Source: Camelus ferus
Taxonomy: Eukaryota
Length of the DNA: 64,000 nt
Reading direction: 5' to 3'
Assembly: GCF_009834535.1 (NCBI RefSeq)
Contig: NC_045697.1
Location: 112,036,001-112,100,000, forward strand
In this document: piece by piece, positions 1 to 12,959 of the stretch
Numbering within the stretch: position 1 is the stretch's first letter
Layout of the letters: the number at the start of each line of letters is the position of its first letter
Notes under the pieces: model-generated
The model's database searches: none
What the model was told of the DNA's origin: nothing
The model's input: the letters and a program-made list of their open reading frames with translations, nothing else
Translations under genes and position numbers: made by a program

Positions 1-176
1 CAGTAGGAGTGTCCCAACACTCCACGTCCTTGTCTGCACTTGATGTTGTCAGACTTTTAATTTTTGCCAATTTGGTAGATACGAGGTAGAATCTCTTTAT
101 GATTTCAATCTGCATTTTCTGTACATTACTGAAGCTGAACACTTAATGCATTTTTTAGCCATTGGATTTCTTTTTT

Positions 177-386
177 TTTTAAGTTAAGTTTTTTCCAATC
201 AGCTCTTTTTTTTCATTTTTCAGTTTTATTAGGTAGAATTATTACAATTTGACAGCACATATACAATATATTGCATGTAAATACATGTACACAATATACT
301 GCACATATTTTAAAAATTTACATATATATACTGTTCATTGTTTTTAAGAATGTTTAGAGCTTTAGCTTTTTAAACTTACATAGTTT
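177..386 (-). mobile_element. 5'-truncated polyadenylated retroposon, same family as the 20958-21880 mosaic
   Basis: 15-bp direct repeat TTGGATTTCTTTTTT at 162-176 and 387-401; T-tracts at the left end; 298-383 is near-identical to 20970-21056. Confidence 0.75.
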
Positions 387-984
387 TTGGATTTCTTTTT
401 TATGAACTTTCTGTTCAAGTCTTCTGTCTTTTTTTTTTCCTTTTGTGTGTGTCTTTTTTTCTTTTACACTTTATAGACTTTTTAAAAAAAACATGGTTTG
501 AATATGAATGTTTATCTGGTTTTGTGTGTTGCAATAGCTTTTCTTGTTCTTGGTTGTTTTTTGTTTTTTTTTTTCTCTTTATAAATATAAATCTTTTTTC
601 CTGATGGCTTGTTATGGCTTATTTAAGAAAACTTTTCCTACCCTGAAGTCACAAATATAGTTTCCTATATCAGGTCCTAAAAGCTTTACACATTTGTCTT
701 GCACGTGAAATGTGTAACCCATCAAGTGTTGATTCTTGTATGTGTATGAAACAAAGCTATAGTTTCATTATTTTCCGTATGAGCACATGCTCGTTCCAGA
801 ACCACTGCTTGAGAGGACACGATTTCTCCTCTGCCCTGCCACGCCAGCTCAGTTGTAAATCAAGTGTTCAGATACCTGCGCATCCATTTCTGGCCTTCTT
901 GTTCTGCACCCCTGGGCGCCTTGTCTCTCCTTGCACTAATGCCACAGTCTCCTAATTATCACAGCTTTATGATGTCTTTTTAAT

Positions 985-1106
985 TTAAAAAAAATTTGGG
1001 GGGGAAGGTAATTAGGTTTCTTTCTTTCTTTATTCTTGGAGGAGGTACTGGGAATTGAACCCCGGACCTCGTGCATGCTCTACCATTTGAGCTGTACCCA
1101 CCTCCA
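985..1106 (-). mobile_element. Camelid tRNA-derived SINE (Vic-1-like)
   Basis: ggaggtactgggaattgaaccccggacctcgtgcatgctctaccatttgagctgtaccc with ggtaattaggttt tail; matches seven other copies in the window. Confidence 0.85.
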
Positions 1107-1289
1107 CCACGTCTTGATACCTGGTAGAAGGTGTCTTCACACCGAGTTCATCTACGAGCAAGTCTGAGCTCTTCCTGGTCTTTTCCATTCCCACACAAAT
1201 CTTGAATGAGCCTGGGACGTTCTGCTCACACACACAGATTGATTGTTGCTGGTATGTGGAAGTATTACCACATTTCTTTCTTACGTGTT

Positions 1290-1550
1290 GAATTTATATG
1301 TTTTGACAGGGAGCTGACGCAATCAGATATGTTCAGGATGACTCTGGAGGTAATCTGGAAGGACGGATGGGGTGGGAAGCAGAAAGATGAGTGTATCATT
1401 GACTGTAATTAGGATCTGGGAACAGCAGTGTAGGGGCTGGTTTACGAGCAGTTTTGCAGACAGCAGGGAAGATTGTGGAGCCGTTGCCTTGAAGTGACTG
1501 ACCTAAGGAAACAGGCTTTGGGGGAGAAAGGTTACATGAATATGCTGAGG
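1290..1550 (-). mobile_element. LINE-2 fragment
   Basis: Degenerate purine-rich antisense L2-like sequence (tgacgcaatcagatatgttcaggatgactctgg). Confidence 0.4.
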
Positions 1551-1653
1551 AGAAAATAGTGAATCGATGGAAACTTCTTCAAAACAGGCTGCCCACAGGC
1601 TATGTGGAAACATTTACAACGGTAAAGTTTCAAAAAAAAAGAATCAGAATTGT

Positions 1654-1830
1654 CAAACAACAAGGACCTACTGTACAGCACAGGGAACTATATTCAACAT
1701 CTTGTAATGACCTATAATGGAAAAGAATCTGAAAAAGAATGTTATATACACGTATAACTGAACCACTATGCTGTACACCTGAAACTAACACAACACTGTA
1801 AATCAACTATACACTTCAGTTTAAAAAAAC
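1654..1830 (+). mobile_element. 5'-truncated L1 3'UTR (cetartiodactyl type)
   Basis: ctactgtacagcacagggaactatattcaa...actatacacttcagtttaaaaaaa; TSD CAGAATTGT at 1645-1653 and 1831-1839. Confidence 0.85.
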
Positions 1831-4197
1831 CAGAATTGTAGAGAACACTGAAAGAACAGGAGATTTGCGGCTGATATCAAACTGGCGACTGACAAATGTG
1901 TTAACAAAAGAATTATGCCTGCCTCCACTTTGTTTAATATTATTTTTCAGTTTCTGACATTGCCAGCAATAAGTGTTTCAATTTCTACATCTGGTGCCTT
2001 TCAGGTAACTTGATTTCAGTTTGGAGCCTCATAAGTCTTGCTGAAAATGCATTCAAATATTTTTCAATTGATAGTATCCTCCAGGGTTTGACTCAGCCTG
2101 TTTCCTAACAAACTCTTACCATTTTTACTCGTAAACTGATTTTCATTTTGATATGTTCTTTAACGAGTTTAAGAAAAGCAGATCACGCAGTGCCTGAACT
2201 AGTGAAGTCCACATCTATGTTTGGTCCTGTTCCTAATAAGCAACTAATAAGATATGTATTAGTTTGTGACCATCAGTTATTATTAGGGGAATTTCATCTG
2301 CTTTGAAATAGATTAATATTTAATACAGTCATTGCAGTCAGATGCTTCACACTTGAGATCACACTTTCCCTCCATTGCATGGCCTTTCTCACTTTTGAGG
2401 GAAATGGGCCTTCTGGAGTGTGACAAATGCGATTCAAAGTTGTCTGCAACAGGATGTTTTTTAATCTGTCAAAAGCTACGGTAGCTGTGGACTCTCTCTT
2501 CTCAGTCTGGGAGTCGTAGGCTTGGGAACTGTGGATGTAAATTCTCATCTCAGGCATGAGCATGCCAAATAAGGGGAAACCCCTCAGATAATTGCCCAGG
2601 GGACATAGATGAGGGAGACTGCCAGGCCTATAATTAAGACATTTTTGAATTTAGTGAATTATAGCCTGATTTTCAAGAGCAATGATTGTATTTGCAATTG
2701 AGAGAAGGTGAAAAAGCAAGAGAAATGATAGGGATGTAGGAATAAATGCAACTCAGACCCCAGAGGTACCAAAACTGTTTTTGTGTGTGTGTATGTGGGA
2801 TGCTGATGTGGGTGAGAAAGGTCGTTTTAACTTCTCAGTTGTTAACGTTTCAGAGTGAAACATCCAATCTCTGAAGCAACGGTGGCAGGATGCCAAGAGA
2901 AGAAAGAGACACAGCCCGGGTGCTGGACGTCCCTAGGATGGACGGACAGGCTGACAGACATGCAGACACCACCAGGCTGTGTCCTTTAGACTTAGGATAT
3001 AGTGAAAGTCACAAGGCTTGGACTCAGGGCACAGTAACCGTCTGGATGTGTCGTTTCATCTCTGTGTTCTGCCTTCTCTAGCACCTGGTTTGCTGTGCAT
3101 CTATGACTTATTCCATAGTCAAAGTGGATGGAAGAGAATTATTCAGCCATCGAAGGGCTCGCTTTGAATCTACTGTAGACCCTGTTGTGTTACACAAGTT
3201 GTTCTATGTGCCCATTTTTCATCATTCATAAAATGGGTGTTTCCAAGCAGTGAGCCAGTCACGTGTTCCCATGAGGAACATGGTTTTAGGAGTGAAGCTG
3301 GCCCCTCAAACCATCTCGAAGTGTCTGAGAAGACTGAATCTAACTGGGAGACAGAAACTACATAGTTAGTTTGGGTTAAACAGGAGACGTTCATTATAAG
3401 AATTTTAACTCTAATTAGAGAATAACTATAAGATAGAAGGAAACTCTACCTGGTCCCTAAGGGTTGAGGGAGAAAACCCAAGGAAGGCTGCATCTGGAAG
3501 GAGTGCAGACTTCTCGAATAAAGTGTACCTTGGCCACCCAGCCGTGGAGAGGTTGGCTGGAGTGGAGTTGTGGGCAAACACCAGGCAGGTGATCAGCGAC
3601 AGGTGGTGTGGGCGTGCAGTGAGGGTGTGGATGCCAGGGGGGCTGGGGCCTTCAGAGTGCAGGTTGCAGAGGGACTGTGGTCCAGTCCTGCAGCTTGGGC
3701 AGGCTTCCCCAGAGGGCTACACTGCCTGCCTCCCCTACCCGAAGGCTCTTCCTCTTGCTTAACATCATACTCAGCGCAGAGGAGACATGCTTAAAGGAAC
3801 CTGTGGTCATAAAGCATTGTCTTCAAGGATGTGTTTGGACTTGTGAGGCAATAAATTGACAACTGTCACAAGGTCCAGAAGCAGTGGTTCTTTTCAGTCT
3901 GTGAAAGGAGGACCCTAAGAGGATGCTGGCAAACACAGCGCTTTTTTCCTGTTGACAAAAGACTCAAAAACTTTGATATTTCTTCATTGTATTCTGGTGT
4001 ATTATTTTATGAATTTCTAAGTAAAGTAGAGCAATGTCTCATGTGTATTTTTTTTTAATAAATGCAAACCTTGGAAAGTGATATTCCAATAAGCATGTCC
4101 GAATAACCAAAAGTAATAAGAACATTCAGCCTCTGGAAAACAAGGAAAGGAATAGAATTCACAAACCCAGGGAATGCTTCTCATGTTCTTGGCACCT

Positions 4198-4361
4198 CTT
4201 TTTTTTTTTTTTTTTTTTAGTTTTTTAAGCTTTTTTGTTTGTTTGTTTTGTGGGGGAGGTAGTTAGGTTTATTCATTTATTTTTAATAGAGGTACTGGGG
4301 ATTGAACCTAGGACCTCATGCAGGCTAAGCACATGCTCTACCACTGAGCTCTACCCTCCCC
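4198..4361 (-). mobile_element. Camelid tRNA-derived SINE (Vic-1-like) with long poly(A)
   Basis: gaggtactggggattgaacctaggacctc...ctctaccactgagctctaccctcccc; T-tract from 4198. Confidence 0.9.
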
Positions 4362-4401
4362 TTCAGCTCCTCTTCTTCACAATTCTCTTTCATACCATTT
4401 T

Positions 4402-4865
4402 TTATAATTTATTTTTTATTGACATAGAGTCAGTTACAATGTGTCAATTTCTGGTGCACAGCATGTTTCAGTCACATATATACATACATATATTCCTTTT
4501 CAGATTCTTTTTCATTGTAAGTTATTACGAGATATTGAATATAGTTCCCTGTGCTATACAGGAAAAACTTGTTTATCTATTTTATATATAGTGGCTAGTG
4601 TCTGAAAATCTTGAACTCCCAGTTTATCCCTTCCAACCTTCTTCCCTCCTTGGTAACCATAAATTTGCTTTCTATGTCTGTGAGTCTGTTCCTGTTTCAT
4701 AAGTAAGTTCATTTGTCTTTTTTTAAGATTCCACATAAAGTAGTATCGCATGGTGTTTTTCTTCCTGTCTGAGTTGCTTCACTCAGAATGACGATCTCCA
4801 GGTCCATCTGTGGTGTAGCACATGACATTATTTTATTCTTTTTCATGGCTGAGTAACATTCCATT
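4402..4865 (-). mobile_element. 5'-truncated young L1 (ORF2 end plus 3'UTR)
   Basis: Typical 3'UTR; ORF 4709-4921 resembles the ORF2 C-terminus (MECYSAMKKNKIM...MDLEIVILSE); TSD CTTTC(A/G)TACCATTTT at 4387-4401 and 4866-4880. Confidence 0.9.
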
Positions 4866-5779
4866 CTTTCGTACCATTTTACATGGAGCCTCTCATCTGT
4901 GACCTTCCACCCCCAGTGCACAGCGGAAGGTCACAGGATCAATCTTTTTTTCCTCCAAACCCCACGCTGGCCCTCTTTTGACACCTCTTTCTCTTTCTCC
5001 TTCACCTTTGTTCTTTTTCACTTTCTTACTTGCATTTCCTTCTCTACATAGGCTCCCCCTCTTCTTTTGTCTTCTTAGCTTCAGTCCTTTTCAAGAGTCC
5101 TTGAACTAGTTTGTCAGAAGGGGGAGGGGAGGGAGGGACGGAAGCAGGTGGCCCCTCTTTCTCCTCGCTGCAGAGGGTGGAGGCTGGGAACATTCATGGG
5201 TTATAAATTCTGCCCTCTTCACACTGTCTTCTCATCAATCTTGGTTGACTCCTGCAAAGAGATATTCAATATTCAGTGTTTAAATATCCTTCCTGAAGTT
5301 CCTTGAATTTACAACCTAGGCCACCCTCTTCTTTCTCTTTACTGGGCTGTACGTCATTTCTCTTGGTTCCTCGAAAGAGCAGCCAGGTGAATTGTGAGCG
5401 TGCGTGTGCACACGAGCACACACACACCCCATTTTCCCTTCTAGAAATCCTTGAACATCTGTAGGAGCCTTTAAACTCTTTGTCCCCTAGTGCCTCTGCT
5501 CTTGTACACAACTGTGTACCTGAAGTGCCCGTCTCTGCAGTTCTGCATCCCTTGCGGGCACTGAGATCCTGCCTGTGTTGGAAGCATCACAGAAAGCATG
5601 AGAGACTCCATGCTGAGCTTTCAGGCAGCTTTTTCTTACTTACAATCCAAGAAAATGAAGTTGCTAAGGTTTAAGTACATCTTAAGCTCATTATTCTTTT
5701 AAGAAGAATATAGAATTCTATTGTTCTAATGGAAATCAGCCAGGACTTACTTTCTGAACTTGGTGGTCATTGTTCGTAA

Positions 5780-6085
5780 GGTATTTCAGCTTCCTTTCTC
5801 TCCTGGACACAAGGTAAGAGTGCATTGCCTGTGATCAAGTGACCGGCATTTCTGCACCAGAGCATTTAATTGCCATTTAAAGACTGCTCCTTCTCTTGGT
5901 CATGATGACTGGACAATTTTCACGGTGGCTGCTCTCCCAGCCAGCCTTAGTGTGGGAAGACCTTAAGTGGAAAACTCAGCCCCTCTGTGACGTACAGACC
6001 TGTCACATAGGGCAGAAATTATTTCTCCCTTTTGCTGTTTTAAGGCACTGAGATTTGGGGGTTGTTTGTTACGTAGCATAATCTT
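5780..6085 (+). mobile_element. MaLR LTR (MLT1-like)
   Basis: Ends in tgttttaaggcactgagatttgggggttgtttgttacgtagcataatc, resembling the MLT1 3' end. Confidence 0.6.
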
Positions 6086-8002
6086 ACACTTCTGCACTTG
6101 CTTAGCTCATCCTCACCAATTCCGTAAATGTGACCATTTCTCCTTGCCCTGATGATTATATGTTTTTGTCTTGGATAAGTATCTTAATAGACTATAGAAT
6201 GTTGCAGCACACAACTTCCCCATTGTGTGTTGTTTCTGCCACTGTTTTTTTTGGGGGGGAGGGGAGAAACCTTTATGGAATTATATAAGTAAAATTATTT
6301 TTCAGCAAGGATCCTCATTTATAGGCCATACTCTAGGGCATATCTCATGTAACTTTTTGTACCAACTTGCAGGTGATTTGCTTCATTTGCTTTCATTCAC
6401 TCATCCAGTCATGCACTCATTCATTTATGTTTGTGTTCAATAAACTGTACTGAATGCCAGGCATGGGGCAGGCTGGAAAAGACCCAGTCCCTGTCATTCT
6501 TATATTAAATTACCAATTCATTTCTTGTTTAGAAAGACTAGGAATAATTAAAAGTAAAACAGAAGGCCATTTCTAAATAATCTGCATTTAAATATATACA
6601 ATATCTTGTACGTAATGAGCAGGCATAAGGCTATTTCAAGTGGTTAAGAAAATGCGTATTGCAGTAGACAGGGAGCCTCCGGTGGGTTCCACCCACTTTA
6701 TCCCCTACAAATCTGAGAGGGCTAGCTTGAAGTGCTCACTATGTAGGGAATACTGGTTTTTGAGTGTACCTGGTAAGACTGATATAACTGATCTGGAGAC
6801 ATAACAAGACCTTGGTAAACTGTGGAGGTGGAGGACTCGGTTTGTGAATTTGTTTCTTTTGCTTAAGCCAGCTGACCTGGTGTTGCCCATTTCTTACACA
6901 TAACGGCACTTTAAAAATGCTGTCCCACTTAATTGGAGCAATGGCGACCTCCAGTGGCTGAACGTACTCAGTTTGGAGGAGGGGGTTCTTGGGTCTTGGG
7001 AAATCTTGCTGGTGCCTGCTGTGTTCTGCTTCTGGGTAGCTTCCCACCACTGAGTATTCAGTTCGGTTTATAAAAACTGCAGATGATGTTTACCAAGACA
7101 AAAAAAAAAAAAAAGAATTATGGAAAAGCAACGCAAAAAGAACATAGCCCTCACAGGCTGGGCCTCCCCAAGTAGGCAGGAACACAGGGAAGAAAACATA
7201 TTAGGAAGATGAGACTTGGAGGTAGGAAGTGAGGTGATTGGGTCAAGGGCATGATGCAAAGAAGTCTTTCCCACAAACGTGCCTCTTAGGCTGGTTTTCA
7301 GGCATACCCTTCTTGTCAGGTTGACATATCGTACCTGATGAGAGACTGCATATCTGCTCTCTCTCTGTTTCTGTCTCTGTGTCTATCTGCCCATCTCAGT
7401 GACCATCCTAAACATTTCTGAAGTGCAACAGAACATATTCTACAACTTACGCCATGCCTCAGAGTCATATTGACATTTGGGAGGATATATCATTCTATAA
7501 TGCTACACCGAAACATTTAAATGTGGAATAAAGAATTATAACTCTTTCTCCTATATTTGTCACCAGGGATGCTTTTGGTTTTTCCAGTGGGGTTTTGAAG
7601 GGCTCTTCATCCCTCACTCCTGCCAGTACTTCACAGAACAGTTTGTGAGCTCCTGAGTTCAGAAACATCGCAGACGAGATTAGGTCCTAGGGGAGGTCCA
7701 CGCTGTTGCTTATCCTGTTCCCGGTACTAGAATTATTAAAACAGCAAATTTGGCTCAGGTCAATGAGTTCAGGGGGAAAACAAGGTATAAAGGACATGCA
7801 GTGTCCCACCTACTTTTTGCCTAATAAACCTACAGAGAAGCAGATCATGAGGAGTGACAGGAGAGGGGAGAGGAAACCAGGACAATGGCAGAGTGTGTGT
7901 GACGTCATTCTTCTGGTGGGTGCGTTTTGCGGAAGCCAAGCAGAATTGTTAATATTTCAACATACGCAATATTTACCATATATTAAAGTGGGATTTTTAA
8001 AA

Positions 8003-8134
8003 TCCTTTTTAAAAGCTTTTTTGGGAGGGAGGTAATTAAGTCAATTAATTAATTTAATGGAGGTACTGGGGATTGAGTCCAGGACCTCGTGCATGCTAAG
8101 CATGTGCTCTAAAACTGAGCTGTACCCTTCCCCC
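8003..8134 (-). mobile_element. Camelid tRNA-derived SINE (Vic-1-like)
   Basis: ggaggtactggggattgagtccaggacctcgtgcatgctaagcatgtgctct; flanked by a tgggattttt repeat. Confidence 0.9.
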
Positions 8135-8878
8135 TCTGGGATTTTTTAACATAATAGAAAAATTAGACACCACCTGAGAGATCACTGCCCTCTTTGCGAG
8201 CTATGATGCTCATAGGTAGTGACATACCTGAGAGCCGCAGGTAAGTAAAATCATTCAATTTAATTTCTGGCTCACTTTTTAGAGAAAGTCGTTGGAACAC
8301 ACGCATACACACACCAGCACATTCATTAACCATCTGCTCTAAAATCAAGGCACAGAAACATAAACCTTTGGCCAATCTACCCAATAAATGCTAAAAAGCC
8401 CAGTTCGATCCTCTATGGGGACCATTTAAAGTCGAGAAAGAACCCCAGAAATGGCTCTGTGGTCCATAGTGAGCAATGCTCTCATGCCAGCTGGTGGGGT
8501 GTGGGATTCGAGCGTTACCTAGTCCCCACGCAGATGAAAATTATGCCTTTCTCATCGAACTTTGCTCATGGCTCTTTAATTCACATTATTCTTAAATGGA
8601 GGGGCTGGTTTGGAGAGAAAGCCCCATTGGCCAAGGCTCAGGGCAGAGCTCTCTTGGATACCTTGATTCTGATACAGCAACGCTACATCATTGGATGGTT
8701 GCTCAGGATGGGTGAATTGTTTGGTGGAAAATTCTCGCAGTAAGAATTAAGATGCTTGCTGTGTCATGTGTCATGGTCCAGCAATGTCACTCACTCTTGG
8801 GGGTGACGGTCCTATTTAACTGCAGAGCGGTGGACGGTACCGGTGGTGTACGTCCTTGTCTACTGCCTTGTGTTAAAG

Positions 8879-9013
8879 CTCTCTGTGTGGCTTCGGCAGA
8901 CCGGAGGATCCAGGACCATCCCTATGTCCGTATTATCTGCATTTGTTATTAATATTAACTGCCTCACAGTCCTCGGATGTTTACCGAGCGGCAGGTGTGT
9001 GTCAGCTATGGGG
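8879..9013 (+). CDS. Candidate internal exon A of an unidentified gene (alternative acceptor at 8970)
   Basis: CpG-retaining unique sequence; strong donor GGG|gtaagt at 9014; acceptor ttgtgttaaag| gives 135 nt open as LSVWLRQTGGSRTIPMSVLSAFVININCLTVLGCLPSGRCVSAMG; frame and coding status unproven. Confidence 0.45.
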
Positions 9014-10022
9014 GTAAGTCCGTGAGCGCACAGACGAGCCCATTCTCGCCTCTGCATCTTTCCTCGTGCTGGAAAGCCTTCCGTCTGTCTCACAGGGTTT
9101 GTTCTACCCGAACCTCAAGGCCACACTCAAGTCCCCACCTGCCCTGTGAAGCTTTCACTCAGCGCTTGCTTTCTAGAAAACGTTCTCTACCACATGCTTG
9201 ATGTTGAACTGTGGGCTGCCTGAGCCTCCTCTGCTTGATTGATTTCTTTCTACTCAACATCAGATTATTATCATTATTATTATAAGCAAATGAGACAATA
9301 ACAACAAGGTGCTTTGGACACACACGGAGTTTTAAAAAATGCAGTTAAAAACCTGGCAGCTGGTAAGAATATCCTGATCTATAACAGGAAAGAAAAAAAC
9401 CAGCTTGCCCATCAGAGCCAAGTGACACAGTTCCTGCAAGCTGCGAGTTTGGCAAGAACGATGATGGTCCTCCCTAATTTGGTTTGAAAAATTCTATATT
9501 TGTACCTGAACGGTGTTTAGTCACAGACTCTGTAGGTGAAAGTAGACAGTAGCTCTCAGCCTGACTCTTTGTTTTTCAGCTCTTTTGCTAAATGACTGCT
9601 GAGTGCAAATATGTTTTCTGTGCCCAAAGCAATAACTAGATGTTTAAAGAAAGGATAACCCTGCCAAAAGAATTCTGGTTGGCTGTCCATCACACAAATT
9701 AATTCCTCTGAAAATGGGCTATATTCTCATTTGCTTTAATGGTGATCAGAGCAGGTAGTTGCGATTTTTTTTTTTTTCTTCTGGGTCTTCTGCTCATCAG
9801 TCCTCCGAGTATTTCATTTTGTTATGGCTCATTAAAGATTGGGCTTGATAATGTTCCATCAGTACGTAATCATGCAGAGGACGGATTTCTTCACCAGACA
9901 AATGGAGTTAGAAGAATATTATTCTTTCCTCACTTTCCTCCCCAACTAATGGGTCACTTAAAATCTATGAGGGAAGAGCATCTTTAAAATCTCTAAGAAA
10001 CAGTTTTAACAGCCATGGTATA

Positions 10023-10089
10023 TTCTTGTTTAATTTATATCCAAAAAAAATAAAATAAATAAATAAATTAAATTAAATTAAATTAAAAA
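10023..10089. repeat. A-rich (AAAT)n/(AAATT)n simple repeat
   Basis: Directly visible. Confidence 0.85.
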
Positions 10090-11335
10090 GTCTAGTGGGA
10101 AAATTTTCCCATTAGTGATTTTTCTTTGTTCTTCCCCAGAGTGAGTTTCTCCGCAGCATTCAAAAGAACCCGTGCAGAGACCGTGCCCCGCCCCCACCCC
10201 AGCACTAAGGTTAAAATTCTGCAGCTTCCTGACTGGGTTTTGCAATCATTAAATCCATACAGATAAGCAAAACTGCTTGAATCAGGATGACTCAGGCACT
10301 GCAATTGTCAGCGTGGTCAGTTTGTATTTAAATCAACTGGACAGTGATGAATAATGTAAAGACTGAAAGTAAGAAAGATCACGTGGCCATTTCAATATTT
10401 TCTAAGTGAAGTAAGTCCCTTTTAGGACCTATATGACATTCACATTCAATGGTTTTGAACTCTGGTTAAGGAAGGTTAAAGGGAGTATTTTCATAATGCC
10501 TTGCAAATATCACCTATTAGATCCTTAATACATATCCTAACTAAGGGATATTCTCCCCAATGAGCATATAACTTGTCTGAGAGCCTTTATGAAAAGTGAT
10601 GGTTTTATGTAGGTCCCCTCCCACCAGAGGTGACATTGGCTGAGGAGCTCTTTTTGAAGTGGGACGTCCCCAGGCCATCAGACAATGCATTTGTTAACAT
10701 TCAATCACTGACCAGTAAGAGATCATTATTCTCATCTGCTCTTTCCATTTGAGTTCCTGGTGAAGACAGAGAACTGTGTGGTCTTGGTGTCATAGAGCCC
10801 ACGCCCACAATATTTAGCAGGGTGATGGGCCACCCCATCAATATTGGTTGAGTGGAAACATTTGGGAAATCGTTGGTCCAGCACAGGAAACCACTGCTTG
10901 TTTCATTTATTCCTTTTGTCTCTGGGATAAGCATGGACAATTTCCTTCTTTTTTTTCTGTTGGTGGACCATGACCAATATCCAGGTCCTTTTTTGGCAAA
11001 GAGGAGCATGTGTGGGTTAGGGACCAGCGGAGCTATTCTCTCTGTGGTGTCTGTGGTCATGGTTTCTCCCCTGCTCTTCAACAGAGAACATGGGCAGTCC
11101 TTTCTTTTGATTTGGATGCATAAAAATAACCCCTGGATAGATGTAAAAAGGTAGTCCAATAGGATCTAAGTCAAGGGAGATGCTACTAAATAAGAAAAAC
11201 CATGTTTGAAAAGTATAAAGGACACTGCATTTATGGCACGTGATGGTCTAAAGCCCCAGGAGGCTGTAGAAACAGTAGAGGATAAGTATAATATAGAAGC
11301 TTTACAAGTGTTAAGTAGAATTTAAAATCAATTAA

Positions 11336-11800
11336 TGGAAACAACCAAGACATTTTTCAGCAGGTGAATCATTAAGCAAATGTCATATATCCACACCATG
11401 GAATACTACTCAGCAAGAAAAAGGAACAGACTACTGATATGCACAACTTGGGTCAATCTCCAGGAATTATGTTGAGTGAAAAAAAAAAAAAAAAGCAATC
11501 ACCAAAGTCACATACTATGTGATTCCATTTATATGACATTTTGAAATGACAAAATTATAGAACTGGAGAACAAATCACCAGGAGTTAAGGAAAGGATGGG
11601 GGTGGAAAGGAAGGTGTTGCGGAGACAGAACATTCTGTGTCTTGACTCTCTCCATGTCAACATTCTGGTTGCCATTACTGTGCTACAATTTTTCACAATG
11701 TTGCTGTTGGGGAAACCTGGGTCAAGGTTACATGGGATCTCTCCACTCTGTGTTATAATTTCCATGAATCTAAATTATTTTGAAATTAAAAGTTTGATTA
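11336..11800 (+). mobile_element. Old L1 (L1MC/MD-like) 3' end
   Basis: atatccacaccatggaatactactcagcaagaaaaaggaac...catactatgtgattccatttatatgacattttg. Confidence 0.8.
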
Positions 11801-11907
11801 TAAAAATGAATAATAATAGGAGACTGAGAAGAAGAAAATGCCATCAAGTAGAATGAGTTGCTTAGAGATTGTCCTCTACTTCTTAGCTGTAAATAGAGGA
11901 GGAAGAT

Positions 11908-12050
11908 GGGGGGAAAGGGTATAGCTCAAATGGTAGTGCACAAGCTTAGCATACAGGAGGTCCTGGGTTCAATCCCTGGTACCTCCATTGAAAAAATAAA
12001 TAAATGAATAATCCTAATTATCTGCCCCCCCTAAAAAAAACAACAAAAAA
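11908..12050 (+). mobile_element. Camelid tRNA-derived SINE (Vic-1-like)
   Basis: gggtatagctcaaatggtag (A box) ... ggttcaatccc (B box), A-rich tail. Confidence 0.9.
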
Positions 12051-12959
12051 TGGAGAAGTTAAGTTGAGTGGTGTTTCACACAAGAGAAAACAACTTGTGT
12101 GAGAGAATATAGAATGGGAAACACTGATAATACTAATTACTGTAGCAGAAGTAAGACAGAATGCTAGTGTGATTAAATAGCACAATTATTTGTGTTATTC
12201 TTAAATTAGGGGTATTTTCAATTGCTTAATTCTCTGTCATTTCTCTTCATGTAGATCAAAAACACTAGTAGTCCCTTTGTATAAGAGAACAATCTTAGTT
12301 CAAGGTCTATTTATAATAGTGCTAAAACTCAAATCTAAATGATGCAAAACTGAGGGTTATTTCTCAGATGTTGCTATAAATTTGATGGAAAATAGAATTC
12401 TAGTGTTGTATTTATTCAAAAATCAAAGTGATGTAGAGTGATTTGAATGAAGAAGGTTAATGAATTGTAAAATGCTCTTGCTGGTGGCTTACAATTTTTT
12501 TGATGGGGGATCTGGCAATATAAAATGGCTTCAAAACCTGCAGCTGGCTCGGGGACAACTTATATTTGAAATGCATTTTTCAGGTGGAAAATAACCTATT
12601 TCAACTTTAGTCACAATACAGTACACAAACATGCCCTCAACATAAAATCATCTAACATCACAAAACTCTTAGATCAGGAAGAGAGTGTTTGCATGCATAA
12701 AATACTTTTATTTTTATGAAAAGCAAACAACAACACTTGATTTGATGGCTTACAATATCACACATGCAGTGTAGAAACACCCCAATCTGAACTAATGAAT
12801 ACATTTCCCTACATTTCAGTGGCAGTTTTATACATTTTTGTCTCCTTTTAGTGTGTAATCAGTTAGCTTGTGGTTGTTTCTGGGGACAATTTTATATGCC
12901 ACATATACCCTGGTCAGCTGGCATCAAACCAAAATAGCATGTTTATTTCCAGACACTGT

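Larger units (their letters stand above)
1..1260 (-). mobile_element. Old degraded LINE-1 (L1M-type) ORF2 3' region, interrupted by younger inserts
   Basis: T-rich antisense L1 motifs (ttgtcagacttttaatttttgccaat; ttttcctaccctgaagtcac; ttccagaaccactgcttgagag). Confidence 0.6.

Noticed and set aside
2855..2880. gtgaaacatcc resembling miR-30
   Set aside because: The seed does not match (TGTAAACA is required) and there is no matching hairpin arm.
6944..6958. CTCF-like motif GCCACTGGAGGTCGC on the minus strand
   Set aside because: It has mismatches at core positions and cannot be supported without ChIP or conservation data.
8860..9093. Minus-strand 77-aa ORF over exon A
   Set aside because: The strong splice donor is on the + strand, so this is probably an antisense shadow.
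10140..10209. Possible 70-nt exon with a good pyrimidine tract
   Set aside because: The donor is weak (gttaaa) and inclusion would stop the frame of the proposed chain; it could still be an alternative exon.
11908..11990. tRNA gene-like A/B boxes, here and in seven similar copies
   Set aside because: They have A-rich tails, TSDs and divergent mutations, so they are SINE heads rather than functional tRNAs.
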